Shown here piece by piece: positions 1 through 9,299 of a DNA stretch of 64,000 nt (positions within the stretch are counted from its first letter, which is position 1; each line of letters opens with the position of its first letter). Source of the DNA: Candidatus Nanopelagicales bacterium (lineage in GTDB: Bacteria; Actinomycetota; Actinomycetes; S36-B12); NCBI GenBank assembly GCA_044375955.1, contig JBILLS010000003.1, positions 2,471 to 66,470 on the forward strand, written 5' to 3'. A program made the translations under genes and the position numbers. Below the pieces are notes generated by a model that was not told where the DNA came from, did no database searches, and was given only the letters and a program-made list of their open reading frames with translations.

Positions 1-285
1 CACATCTTCACCCCGGAGGCCTATGCGGCGGATCTCGAGCGGCTCGAGTGGTTCAGCCAGGGTGATCACCGCCGCGTCATCGAGACGATGCCCGAATTCC
101 TCAGATACAAGCCCGAGGCACGCTTCGCCCACTATCTGATGATGATGGGTGCACTAGGTGAGGGTGACGTCGTCGCCCCAGGACAGCTCTACAGTGAGTA
201 CGAGAACTCGGTGGGCACCGGACAGGTGCACGTCTGGTTCGAGCGCCCCGCCACGGGATGGACCGGCCAGAAGGCGGCTGCATGA
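1..285 (+). CDS. 3' end of a gene that starts upstream of the window; product unknown
   Basis: Frame 1 is open from base 1 to the TGA at 283-285. The stop overlaps the next start in an ATGA (282-285), which suggests one operon with the following FAH gene. Confidence 0.45.
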   Translation, partial: HIFTPEAYAADLERLEWFSQGDHRRVIETMPEFLRYKPEARFAHYLMMMGALGEGDVVAPGQLYSEYENSVGTGQVHVWFERPATGWTGQKAAA

Positions 286-1157
286 CCGAGTACCGCAGGA
301 TCCTGCTCGACGGATACCCCTGCCAGGTGGTGCGCGAGGGTGATTCCCTCATTGCGGGCGACGGTCGCGTCGTTGCCATCGCGGACGCCATCCACCTCCC
401 ACCTGTCGAACCGACGAAGATCATCTGCGTCCACCTGAACTACGACTCCCGTACCCAGGAGTTCATGACGAAACTGCCCCCCGCACCGACGTACTTCCAC
501 AAGCCCATCACCGCTCTCAACTCCCATGGTGGTGAAGTGGTGCGGCCCCTGGGCTGTAAGTGGCTCAACTACGAGGGCGAGATCGTGATCGTCATCGGCA
601 AGACCTGCCGCAACATCTCTCCTGCCGAGGCGCCGGAGTACATCGCCGGATACACCGTCGGGAACGACTATGGATTGCACGACTTCCGGGATACCGATGC
701 GGGTTCGATGCTGCGCGTCAAGGGATCGGACACCTTGGCCCCGATCGGGCCGGGCCTGGTGACCGACTGGGACCCGCGCGGCAAGCGCATCCGCACCCTC
801 GTGAATGGAGTGGTCAAGCAGGACGACACCACCGATGGCATGGAATGGGACATGAACTACCTCGTCGCCGACATCGCGCGCACCATCACACTGGTGCCCG
901 GCGACCTGATCTTCTCCGGCACGCCGGCCAATTCCCGCACGGTCTACCCCGGTGACGTCGTCGAGGTCGAGGTCGAGGGACTCGGGACATTGCGCAATGT
1001 GATCGTCGAGGGTCCCACCCCGATCCGTGCCGATGTGGGGGCCCAACCCTCGGAGAGCGAGGAGGTCATCTCGACCGCGCAGGGTGGTGACTGGGAGTTC
1101 CGGGGGATCCGCACCCCGTCGAAGGATCTTTACCCTTCCTTGGTCGAGGAGAAGTAG
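282..1157 (+). CDS. Fumarylacetoacetate hydrolase (FAH) family protein (HpaG / 2-keto-4-pentenoate hydratase-like)
   Basis: Translation has the FAH-fold pattern (KIICVHLNYDSR, NYEGEIVIVIGK, GYTVGNDYGLHD, PGDLIFSGTPA). Start chosen at the ATGA overlap rather than the upstream ATG at 258. Confidence 0.85.
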   Translation: MTEYRRILLDGYPCQVVREGDSLIAGDGRVVAIADAIHLPPVEPTKIICVHLNYDSRTQEFMTKLPPAPTYFHKPITALNSHGGEVVRPLGCKWLNYEGEIVIVIGKTCRNISPAEAPEYIAGYTVGNDYGLHDFRDTDAGSMLRVKGSDTLAPIGPGLVTDWDPRGKRIRTLVNGVVKQDDTTDGMEWDMNYLVADIARTITLVPGDLIFSGTPANSRTVYPGDVVEVEVEGLGTLRNVIVEGPTPIRADVGAQPSESEEVISTAQGGDWEFRGIRTPSKDLYPSLVEEK

Positions 1158-1205
1158 TTCCTTAACCCGACCAGGGGCAGACTTACGGACAGACAGAGGA
1201 GAGAG

Positions 1206-1400
1206 ATGATCACGATCAGCGTCGACATGGATAAGTGCCAGCATTACGGGCAGTGCTGCTTCGAGGCCGAGGATGTCTTCCAACTCGATGACGAGGGCAA
1301 GCTCAAGTACTCGAAGGAAGTCGGCGACGACCGGCTTGCCGATGTCGAGTCGGCAGCCGACGTCTGCCCTATGCAGGCGATCAGCTTCGAAGTTTCATGA
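1206..1400 (+). CDS. Small single-cluster ferredoxin
   Basis: 64 aa with a Cys pattern (DKCQHYGQCC ... DVCPMQAI) typical of actinobacterial P450-partner ferredoxins. A purine-rich RBS (GGAGAGAG) lies upstream. ATGA overlap with the reductase gene. Confidence 0.85.
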   Translation: MITISVDMDKCQHYGQCCFEAEDVFQLDDEGKLKYSKEVGDDRLADVESAADVCPMQAISFEVS

Positions 1401-2587
1401 CTGCGGGGCAGGTTGTCGTGGTCGGTGCGGGCCTCGGCGGTCTGCGCGCGACGGAATCCCTCCGCGGGGCCGGGTACGACGGTCACATCGTGATCGTCGG
1501 CGACGAGCCGCATCGTCCCTACAACCGTCCCCCGCTGTCGAAGGAGGCACTCGCCGGCGGAGTCTCGGTCAAGGAACTCGAGTTCCGGCGCAAGTCCAGC
1601 ATCGACGATGTCGAGTGGCGTCTGGGGTCGGCCGTCGTGTCCAGCGATCTCACCGCGCAGACGGTGACACTCGCGGACGGCTCGGTGATCCCCTTCGACG
1701 GGCTCGTCGTGGCCAGCGGAATCCGACCGCGCGCCCTCCCGATCCCCGGACCCACGAAGGGTCGCTACTTCCTGCGCACCGCCCAGGACGCGGCAGGCGT
1801 GCGCGCGCATCTGGTGCCCGGTGCACGCGTGGTGATCATGGGTGCCGGATTCATCGGGTGCGAGGTTGCAGCGACGGCGGTGGGACTCGGTGCAAGAGTG
1901 CACGTAGTCGCACTCGACGAAGAGCCGATGATCAGGCCGCTCGGTCGCGAACTTGGCGCGGGCATGCGTCGGCGGCACGAGGCGAAGGGTGTCGCTTTCC
2001 ATCTTGGTCACACGATCACCGAGTTCCTGGGGGACGATCACGTTGTCGGTGCGCGGCTCGACGACGGCACAGTGCTCGATGCCGATGTCGTGATCGAGGC
2101 GGTGGGCTCGGTGGCGAACACCGAGTGGCTTGATGGCAACGGCCTGGATCTCTCGAATGGACTCATCGTGGACGACGGAATGCGCGTGATCGATGCACCG
2201 TGCCCGATGGTCGCCGTGGGGGACCTCGCCCGCCACCCCAACGCGCTGTTTCCCGGAGCTTCTCGACGCATCGAGCATTGGAACATGCCCACGGAGACCG
2301 GGAGGCGTGCAGGAGCCACCCTTGCCGCCATCCTGAGCGGACAGGAACCCGACACGGCGCCCTTCAGCGCCATGCCGTCGTTCTGGTCCGATCAGTACAA
2401 GCACAAGGTGCAATCGTTCGGCATGCCCGGAATCGCGAATCGCATCACCCTCGTCGACGGTGATGTCGACGGACCGTGCATCGTGGAGTATCTCGATGAC
2501 ACGGGACTCGTCGGAGTCGTGGGCATTGATCGGACCAGTGACCTGGCCCCCTACCGAGCACGGCTCCAACAGAGAATCGTTACCTGA
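1397..2587 (+). CDS. FAD-dependent ferredoxin-NAD(P)+ reductase (pyridine nucleotide-disulfide oxidoreductase family)
   Basis: Two dinucleotide-binding motifs (VVVGAGLGG, IMGAGFIGCE), length 396 aa, coupled to the ferredoxin gene. Confidence 0.9.
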   Translation: MTAGQVVVVGAGLGGLRATESLRGAGYDGHIVIVGDEPHRPYNRPPLSKEALAGGVSVKELEFRRKSSIDDVEWRLGSAVVSSDLTAQTVTLADGSVIPFDGLVVASGIRPRALPIPGPTKGRYFLRTAQDAAGVRAHLVPGARVVIMGAGFIGCEVAATAVGLGARVHVVALDEEPMIRPLGRELGAGMRRRHEAKGVAFHLGHTITEFLGDDHVVGARLDDGTVLDADVVIEAVGSVANTEWLDGNGLDLSNGLIVDDGMRVIDAPCPMVAVGDLARHPNALFPGASRRIEHWNMPTETGRRAGATLAAILSGQEPDTAPFSAMPSFWSDQYKHKVQSFGMPGIANRITLVDGDVDGPCIVEYLDDTGLVGVVGIDRTSDLAPYRARLQQRIVT

Positions 2588-2662
2588 ACCTTCCCAAACC
2601 TTCGCGTCAAGAGTCTGCTGCATGGGTCGTGATCGGAAAATCGGCGCCGCTATCCTGCGCCG

Positions 2663-4180
2663 GTGGTCGATGACGGTGTGAACTTCCCCCAGGGCGGGGA
2701 TGGAAAGCGCAGCACATCGGCCACCGGTCGAGCGATCTTCGCCGACTCCATCCGCGGAGTGGATCCAGTGATCGCCGCCCGCATCGAGCACACGAAGGAC
2801 TGGCGGCGCGGCTACCTCCAACCCCTCCGTGACATCACCGTGGCTGCCGCCCGTACCCCGGAAGCGGCCATCGCCATCTCACGCGCAGGCTTGGACTCCG
2901 CGCACCGGCGCTTCACCTTCACCCGTGACGGGGAGGAGCGCCCGCTCGACGGTGCCCCCTCGCGCGCCGATTTCGCTTCGGTCACGGTGTCGGGGCGGAG
3001 TGCCCGAGAGATGGACCTCTCGGTTCCCTACCGGGGACGCCGGCTCTTCGGACCGGACCTGCGTCGCCAGGTCGATGCCTGGGTGGCGCAGGGTGTTGCC
3101 GAGCCCTCATTCGGCGCCGCACTCCACCTCGTGCTGGATAACCCCGATTGGTTGGACCTGCACGACGTCGACATCGCGCTCTTGGGTGCGGGGGCGGAGA
3201 TGGCTCCGACCCGTTCGCTGCTGCGCTGGGGTGCACGCGTGCACGCGATCGACCTCGCGCGACCTGCCGTCTGGGAGCGCTTGATCGCGATCACCCGCAG
3301 CACGGCGGGAAGCCTCCGCATCCCGATCCCCACCAGCGGGGGCGAAGCGCCATTCGTCGTGGGCGGCCTGATCCATCCCGACGACGACCAGGTGATCGCC
3401 GGCGTCGCTGGGGCCGACCTCCTCACCGCGATGCCGGAGATCCGATCGTGGCTCGCTGAGATCGAGCAGCCCTTCGTGTTGGGGAGCTACGCCTACGCGG
3501 ACGGCTCGCTGCATGCGCGTCTCTCGATGGCGGTCGACGCGCTCACGGTCGATCTACTGCGTGACCGCGATGACGTCACCATGGCTTTCCTCGCGACCCC
3601 CACCGACGTGTTCATGGTGCCGGAGGAATGCGTGGCCGAGTCGCGTCGCCGATGGAGAACCCGGGGCCTTTCCGGTCTCCTCCAGGCGCCGTTGCGTCTT
3701 GTCGGTCAGTTCGAGCCGAACTACCCCGAGACCTATGACTCGACGACGGGGCGAGTGGTGGGTTTGAACGACTCGCTCATACCGCAGCAGGGCCCGAATT
3801 ACATCCTGGCCAAGCGCATTCAGCGCTGGCGAGCGCTCGTCGCACGTGCCGAGGGTGTTCCGGTGTCACTGAACCTCGCTCCGGCCACCCGCACACAGTC
3901 GGTCATCAAGAACCGCGCACTGGCAGCCGCCTATGCGGGAGCCGGCCGGTTTGGTGTCGAGGTGTTCGAGCCCGCCACATCCACGGCACTCATGGCCGCG
4001 TTGCTCGTGCACGATCTCCGTAATCCGGCATCGTCGGCGAATCCCGCCACTCCCCTGGACAACCCGATGGACCTGTACGTGCAGGGCGCCAATCACGGTG
4101 GCCTGTGGCGTGCGGCGTATTCACCGCGATCTGTCCTGGGGATCGCTGCACTCCTGGGGATGTTCGAGCCGCGCGCCTGA
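2663..4180 (+). CDS. Conserved hypothetical protein with a Rossmann-like central segment
   Basis: Long ORF with coding-like composition. It contains IALLGAGAEMAPTRSLLRWGARVHAIDL (a GxGxxxA-type beta-alpha-beta pattern). I recognise no family. The start is uncertain. Confidence 0.55.
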   Translation: MVDDGVNFPQGGDGKRSTSATGRAIFADSIRGVDPVIAARIEHTKDWRRGYLQPLRDITVAAARTPEAAIAISRAGLDSAHRRFTFTRDGEERPLDGAPSRADFASVTVSGRSAREMDLSVPYRGRRLFGPDLRRQVDAWVAQGVAEPSFGAALHLVLDNPDWLDLHDVDIALLGAGAEMAPTRSLLRWGARVHAIDLARPAVWERLIAITRSTAGSLRIPIPTSGGEAPFVVGGLIHPDDDQVIAGVAGADLLTAMPEIRSWLAEIEQPFVLGSYAYADGSLHARLSMAVDALTVDLLRDRDDVTMAFLATPTDVFMVPEECVAESRRRWRTRGLSGLLQAPLRLVGQFEPNYPETYDSTTGRVVGLNDSLIPQQGPNYILAKRIQRWRALVARAEGVPVSLNLAPATRTQSVIKNRALAAAYAGAGRFGVEVFEPATSTALMAALLVHDLRNPASSANPATPLDNPMDLYVQGANHGGLWRAAYSPRSVLGIAALLGMFEPRA

Positions 4181-4189
4181 AGTGACGAA

Positions 4190-4222
4190 GACCCGTGCGG
4201 CTGGGGGGCCGACGCACGGGTC
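4190..4222. terminator. Perfect 10-bp stem hairpin between convergent genes
   Basis: GACCCGTGCG (4190-4199) and CGCACGGGTC (4213-4222) with a 13-nt loop. It lies 10 nt after the stop at 4180. Two shorter GC hairpins follow. There is no U-tract, which is common in high-GC actinobacteria. Confidence 0.5.
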
Positions 4223-4376
4223 TCCTGGGCCCGGAGGCCCTCTGCTCGGGGGGTGAGCAGCACCACCATCATTCCGGTCGCACGCACGGATTTCTGACAA
4301 TTACCGGTCAATGCGCGGGCAATGTCCCCACGGGGAGGGACGCGGCAGACTGAAATTTCCGAGAACACCGATCACT

Positions 4377-5501
4377 TTAGATCGGTGCGACAGGCCCCAT
4401 GGCCGCGACCATCTGCACCTCGGCGCCTCCGATGAGGGCGGCGTCATCACCCAGCGCACCCGCAACGATGTCCACTCGTCCCGTGCGCATCTGCGGCAGG
4501 GACGCACACTCCGCGTGCACATACACCTCGACCAGAGGGAAGAGCGGGGCAAGGTGGCCACCGAGAACCACTCTCGCGGGATCGGTGATCGCGATGAGTC
4601 CCCGAAGCCCGAGTCCCAACCAGTGACCAGTCACCTCGAGCACGGCGAGGGCGTCGGTATCACCGCGACGGCCGGCGTCGAGCAGGTCATCGAAGTCACC
4701 ATTCCAGCGGGATGCAATGACATCGCGACCGATGAGGGTCTCCCAACACCCTCGGGCACCGCAGGGGCACACGTCGCCGTCGGGATCGATCGGCATGTGT
4801 CCGATCTCTCCGGCGAATCCCGCACCACCAGTGCGCACCCGTCCCCGCTCAACGTATCCGCCGCCGATTCCGATTCCGCCCGCGACATACAGCATTGCGT
4901 CGACGCCGCGGCCGGCCCCGCGCAGGTGTTCGCCCAACGCACCGAGGTTGGCGTCGTTGCCGAAGGACACGGGAAGGGGTGTGTCCAACGCGGTGAGCAC
5001 TGACGGGCCCCAATCGACATCCCGCCAGCCAAGATGTGGTGCGTAGGCGACGAAGCCGGTGTAGGCGTCGACGATTCCGGGTACCGCGATCGAGATCCCG
5101 GCAACGCGACTGTCCGAGGGAAGCTCGCTCTGAACTCCGACGACTGCGCGCGCGATAGTCGATGCAGCTTCATCGGGAGTGATGCCCGCCATATCTCGAT
5201 CGATCACCGCACGTGCGAGGTGCACTCCACCGAATCCGTAGGCCAGGACGTGGCAGGAGTCGACGCGCACGTCGACACTGATGATCACGATGGACGTGGG
5301 GTGGGCGCGCAGGGTGTGAGATGGTCGTCCGACATGCCCGCTGAGGCCACCGCTCTCCTCCGCATAACCGGCTCGGCACAACTCGGCAGCGATGGCAGCG
5401 GCGGTGCTCCGCGTGATCCCGAGTGCAGCTCCGAGATCCGAACGACTGATCGTGCCGCGCTCGTGGAGCACGACCAATGCCCTGGTTCGGGCGCCGCTCA
5501 C
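4377..5501 (-). CDS. ROK-family transcriptional repressor (sugar-responsive, XylR/NagC-like)
   Basis: N-terminal wHTH (ISRSDLGAALGITRSTAAAIAAEL), ROK Zn motif (CPCGARGCWE) and Gly-rich sugar-kinase-like loops. Start set to the GTG at 5501-5499, which forms a GTGA overlap with the xylB stop. The track ORF extends to 5642 inside xylB. Confidence 0.8.
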   Translation of the reverse strand: MSGARTRALVVLHERGTISRSDLGAALGITRSTAAAIAAELCRAGYAEESGGLSGHVGRPSHTLRAHPTSIVIISVDVRVDSCHVLAYGFGGVHLARAVIDRDMAGITPDEAASTIARAVVGVQSELPSDSRVAGISIAVPGIVDAYTGFVAYAPHLGWRDVDWGPSVLTALDTPLPVSFGNDANLGALGEHLRGAGRGVDAMLYVAGGIGIGGGYVERGRVRTGGAGFAGEIGHMPIDPDGDVCPCGARGCWETLIGRDVIASRWNGDFDDLLDAGRRGDTDALAVLEVTGHWLGLGLRGLIAITDPARVVLGGHLAPLFPLVEVYVHAECASLPQMRTGRVDIVAGALGDDAALIGGAEVQMVAAMGPVAPI

Positions 5502-6898
5502 GAATTCCCGATGGGATACGTGCGGGAGCGCGCGTCGGCGTAGTTCTCTCGGATCACCGCGTGCGGTGCGGGTGCGAACTCCGCGGCATCGGTCAACGGA
5601 CCGCGCCATGCGGGTGGCTCGGATCTCCCCGACACAACCCACGCGGCCTGACGTGCGGCGCCATCGGCGACGTACTCACCGGGAGTTGGCACCAACACCG
5701 GGACACTGAACAGGGTCGTGGCGACCTGCGCCACCGCCGGGTTCGCCGCCGCACCTCCGATGAGGAGTACGCGACGTGGAGCGACACCCACGTCGACGAG
5801 GGCATCCACCGCGTCGGCGAGTCCGCACAACATTCCTTCGATCGCAGCTCGTGCGATGTTTGCGGGTGTGAAGTTCTGGCGGGTGATGCCGCACAGCGTC
5901 CCGCGGGCTTCGGGAAGGTTGGGTGTGCGTTCCCCGTCGAGGTAGGGAAGCAGTACGAGACCATCAGCCCCCTGCGGGGCACTGAGTGCGGCGCTCGCGA
6001 AGTCGTCCATATCGAGGCCAAGCATCGCCGCCGTCGACGTCAAGACGCGCGCCGCGTTCAAGGTGCACACCAGTGGCAGGAACCGGCCGCGGGCATCGGC
6101 GAATCCCGCGACGAGCCCGGAGGCATCCCGACTGGGGGTCTCGGACACCGCGAAAGCCGTTCCGGAAGTTCCCAGGGAGACGACGACGTCACCCGGCTGC
6201 AGGTCCAGGGCGAGTGCGGCCGACATGTTGTCGCCGGTGCCGGGTCCCAGCACGATGTCGGTCCCGGCGATGGTCCCGACCTGCTCGTGCGGCGCGACCA
6301 CCGTGGGCAGGTCCACCACACGACCGAGGGCCAACTCGAACAGGTCGAGGCGGTAGGCGTTTTCGGCGGGCGACCAGTAGCCGGTTCCACTCGCGTCACC
6401 GCGGTCGGTCACGGCAACCGCGGGCGTGCCCGCCAACTTCCACGTCAGGTAATCGTGGGGCAGGAGTACCCGTCGCGTGCGCGCGGCGCTCTCCGGCTCA
6501 TTCCTCGCCATCCAGCGCACCTTGCTGACGGTGAAAGCCGCTAGCGGGACACTGCCCACCGCATCCGCCCATGCACCGGGCCCGCCGAGCTCGGTGACCA
6601 GGTCCTCGGCGTCACGCGCCGATCGGGTGTCGTTCCATAGGAGCGCATCGCGCACCGGCTCCCCGGACTCGTCGAGGGCGACCATGCCGTGCTGCTGGCC
6701 CGCGACACTGAGTGCGACGACGCCGTCAAGGAACCCATCCAGGGCCGTGCTCAACTCGCGCCACCAGATACGTGCATCGATCTCGGTGGCATCCGGATGG
6801 CTCCCGCGCGCCTCGCGCACGAGTTCCCCGGTGTCAGCGTCTCGAACGACAACCTTCACCGACTGCGTGGACGAATCGACCCCGGCAACGAATGGCAT
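5498..6898 (-). CDS. xylB: Xylulokinase (FGGY family)
   Basis: N-terminal GVDSSTQSVKVVV, GTSGTAF and C-terminal LIGGAAANPAV motifs; 466 aa; coupled to the ROK regulator. Confidence 0.88.
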   Translation of the reverse strand: MPFVAGVDSSTQSVKVVVRDADTGELVREARGSHPDATEIDARIWWRELSTALDGFLDGVVALSVAGQQHGMVALDESGEPVRDALLWNDTRSARDAEDLVTELGGPGAWADAVGSVPLAAFTVSKVRWMARNEPESAARTRRVLLPHDYLTWKLAGTPAVAVTDRGDASGTGYWSPAENAYRLDLFELALGRVVDLPTVVAPHEQVGTIAGTDIVLGPGTGDNMSAALALDLQPGDVVVSLGTSGTAFAVSETPSRDASGLVAGFADARGRFLPLVCTLNAARVLTSTAAMLGLDMDDFASAALSAPQGADGLVLLPYLDGERTPNLPEARGTLCGITRQNFTPANIARAAIEGMLCGLADAVDALVDVGVAPRRVLLIGGAAANPAVAQVATTLFSVPVLVPTPGEYVADGAARQAAWVVSGRSEPPAWRGPLTDAAEFAPAPHAVIRENYADARSRTYPIGNS

Positions 6899-6920
6899 GT
6901 GCGTAATCTCGCACAGACTC

Positions 6921-7565
6921 TCAGCGCGCGCCCGCGATGGGGGGAACCGTCATCAGGGGTGGGCAGCCGCGCAAGATCTGGGTCAGCGCGGACTTCTCAG
7001 CGGAATCCACCGCCAGGCGCCAGCGGTACTTCACCGCGATCCAGGTCTTGGCATACCAGCACACATCGCGGTCCGGAAGCCACTCCGTCGGATCACGATC
7101 CGACTTGGTGCGGTTGCTCCCCGCGGTCACGGCGATAAGCGATCCTGCGTAACCGACATCATTGGCGAACGCCTCGCGCGTGCGGGGATCCCACCGCCAC
7201 GCGCCGGAGTCCCAGGCCTCCTTCAACGGCACCATGTGGTCGATGTCGAAGGTGCGTGACTCCGATGTGTTCTCACCGTCGTATCGCGAGAACCACGTTC
7301 CGTCTATGACACGACAGTCGCGGATAGCTCCCGAGGTCCGTTCGGCGGCAAGGACGTCCTCGCGGGTGTCACACCCATTCCGATCGAGATCGGACCAGTG
7401 CCGGAAGAGGTCACGGTCGTAGCCGGCGCCGCGTTCCTGGCTAACCGGCAGGGAGTTCAGAACACGCAGGGCCGGTTCGCGGGAGTCGGCGAACGCGGGC
7501 GAGATTGTCGCCCACAGCAGCGCGAGGACGATTCCCCCGCGCACCACATGCCCCCGGGTGCGCAC
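6921..7565 (-). CDS. Secreted DUF1524 / His-Me finger (HNH-like) nuclease domain protein
   Basis: Signal peptide (IVLALLWATISPAFADS), then NGCDTREDVL ... FDIDHMVPLKEAWDSGAWRW, typical of the GmrSD C-terminal-like DUF1524 domain. The GTG start shares one base with the upstream stop (TAGTG). Confidence 0.75.
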   Translation of the reverse strand: MRTRGHVVRGGIVLALLWATISPAFADSREPALRVLNSLPVSQERGAGYDRDLFRHWSDLDRNGCDTREDVLAAERTSGAIRDCRVIDGTWFSRYDGENTSESRTFDIDHMVPLKEAWDSGAWRWDPRTREAFANDVGYAGSLIAVTAGSNRTKSDRDPTEWLPDRDVCWYAKTWIAVKYRWRLAVDSAEKSALTQILRGCPPLMTVPPIAGAR

Positions 7566-7822
7566 TACTCCTCGAGTGGAAGCACCACGGTCTCGGATTG
7601 GGCGATGAGGTTGGCGTCGGCGTCGTAGACGCTCACCTTCTCGTCCTCGAGAAGGAGGTTGCCATCGGCGTCGAGGACATCGATCGTCTCGTCGACCACG
7701 GACCCATCGGGACCACTCGCCACAACCAGGTTGTCAGAGATCGCGCCGATCACCACGTCGTTCTCATCGACCACGATGTCGATCTGGAGGTCCTCACCGA
7801 TCTCGATGTCGTCATCCGCCAC
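7565..7822 (-). CDS. Extremely acidic 85-aa protein, unknown function
   Basis: About 25 Asp/Glu and a single Lys in 85 residues. Translationally coupled to the DUF1524 nuclease gene. I recognise no family. Confidence 0.55.
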   Translation of the reverse strand: MADDDIEIGEDLQIDIVVDENDVVIGAISDNLVVASGPDGSVVDETIDVLDADGNLLLEDEKVSVYDADANLIAQSETVVLPLEE

Positions 7823-7882
7823 CCTGTGCTCCTTTCGCGTGCGATGAGCCTAGGTGGTGCGGGCCAGCAGGCGCCACCGGGC

Positions 7883-9238
7883 TCACTTCACGCGGACTGT
7901 TCGCGACCAGTCAGAGACCGCACTGCGCCCCTCCGGCGTGATGGCCAGCACGCGGTAGCGGTGTTTACCGCTCCTGACATCGACTGTGCAGCGCAGGGGG
8001 ACAGCGTCACTGGCGATCCTGCAGACCTCTTTCCCACCGGTCGTGCGCACGCTGTAGGCCGAGACGCGCGGGTAGTCGACCGGGGTCACGCCGATCTGCA
8101 CGGCACCGGACCTGGCCTTCACGCGGGGTGCTGTCGGCGTCAGGACGGTGAATGCGGGCACCAGGCTCGAGTCACCCTCCCCCTGCGCGTTGAGGGAACG
8201 CACGGCAGCTTCGCCGGGGATCGATGCGACGGGTGCGGTGCACACGAGGTCCGCGGCGTTACAGACCATGGCGCCGTCGATCCCCACCACCTGATAGGAC
8301 GTGGCGAACTCGGGGGCGATCTCCGGTGCGGTCCACCAGGTCGTTCGGGTGTTCCCGACGACCACCGACTTCACGTCGGTCGGTCCGCTCGGGACCAGGG
8401 GGTTCCCGGTTGCAGCCAGCGCAGGATTCATGATCGACAGATACGTGATGGGAACGAACGAGGCGGCCCCGACGGCCGACGTGCCGCAGGATCCACCTGC
8501 GATAACGCCGGCGAGCAGGTTGCCGGTCGCCGCTGATGCCCATCGCGGACCACCGCTATCCCCCGAGCAGATATCTCCGACTCCCGCGGTGCGCGAGTTG
8601 ATGACCCATCCGGTGGATCCGCGATAGTCCTCGTCGATGCCTGCGAGCGGGAGAGACACCTGAGCGGGGACGTCCCCGCCACCGCCGGTCAGCGATGTGC
8701 GCCCATAGCCGGCGGCGAACACCGCGGCGTTCTGCGAGGTCCACAGTCCGATCTCCGCACGGGAAGCGAGACGGCTGATCGCCGTGGGACCGATGTCCGA
8801 ATCGAGGACCAACGCAGCGATGTCGTTTGCCACCACCTGGCGACCTACCTGCACGAATCCGGGGGGCGTGATGATCTGCACGACGCGCGCCGGACTTCGG
8901 GCGGCCAGGGACCCACCCACCAACTGGTAGGGCGCACCCGGGGTATTCAGTTGGAGGCGGGCCGGATCGATGACGGCTCCGGTGTTCTCCTCGGTGACGC
9001 AGTGGGCGGCGGTGAGCAGGACGCGCGGCTTCCAGACCGACGCGCTGCAGATGCGGAAGAGGTTGCCCGAGAGATAGGCGGTGCCCACCACGATCGGATT
9101 ACCCACAGCCACCGAACCGCCGAAGACCCGCGGTTCAGCAGAAGCCGGGGTTACCCCCACGAGGAGCGCACACACCGCCACGAGGCCTGCCCAGACGCGC
9201 ATTCGACAAGGGAACCACACGGTCCGCAGATCCGACAT
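7883..9238 (-). CDS. Secreted trypsin-like serine protease (S1 family) with C-terminal beta-rich (FN3/Ig-like) domains
   Basis: LLTAAHCV and CSGDSGGP catalytic motifs plus a signal peptide. The real start may be the internal MRVWAGLV at 9202. Confidence 0.85.
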   Translation of the reverse strand: MSDLRTVWFPCRMRVWAGLVAVCALLVGVTPASAEPRVFGGSVAVGNPIVVGTAYLSGNLFRICSASVWKPRVLLTAAHCVTEENTGAVIDPARLQLNTPGAPYQLVGGSLAARSPARVVQIITPPGFVQVGRQVVANDIAALVLDSDIGPTAISRLASRAEIGLWTSQNAAVFAAGYGRTSLTGGGGDVPAQVSLPLAGIDEDYRGSTGWVINSRTAGVGDICSGDSGGPRWASAATGNLLAGVIAGGSCGTSAVGAASFVPITYLSIMNPALAATGNPLVPSGPTDVKSVVVGNTRTTWWTAPEIAPEFATSYQVVGIDGAMVCNAADLVCTAPVASIPGEAAVRSLNAQGEGDSSLVPAFTVLTPTAPRVKARSGAVQIGVTPVDYPRVSAYSVRTTGGKEVCRIASDAVPLRCTVDVRSGKHRYRVLAITPEGRSAVSDWSRTVRVK

Positions 9239-9299
9239 CGGAGGCTCTCAGGGCCGGTCATTCCCCGGGGTTCGCGGTATTCGTCTCTAGCATCGACAC

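Noticed and set aside
189-2821. Long antisense ORFs (189-1283 minus, 364 aa; 1244-2821 minus, 525 aa) opposite the FAH, ferredoxin and reductase genes
   Set aside because: Their translations are Arg/Gly/Asp-rich with no recognisable motifs. The opposite strand encodes proteins with clear family signatures. Long open antisense frames of this kind are expected in high-GC DNA.
6921-7565. DUF1524 protein considered as a GmrSD-type restriction or defence enzyme
   Set aside because: It lacks the N-terminal DUF262 ParB-like domain and has a secretion signal. A secreted nuclease role is more plausible than intracellular defence.
5477-8536. ORFs 5477-6544 plus (355 aa) and 7505-8536 plus (343 aa)
   Set aside because: They are antisense to xylB and to the S1 protease, both of which carry catalytic motifs. 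The composition is typical of GC-rich shadow frames.
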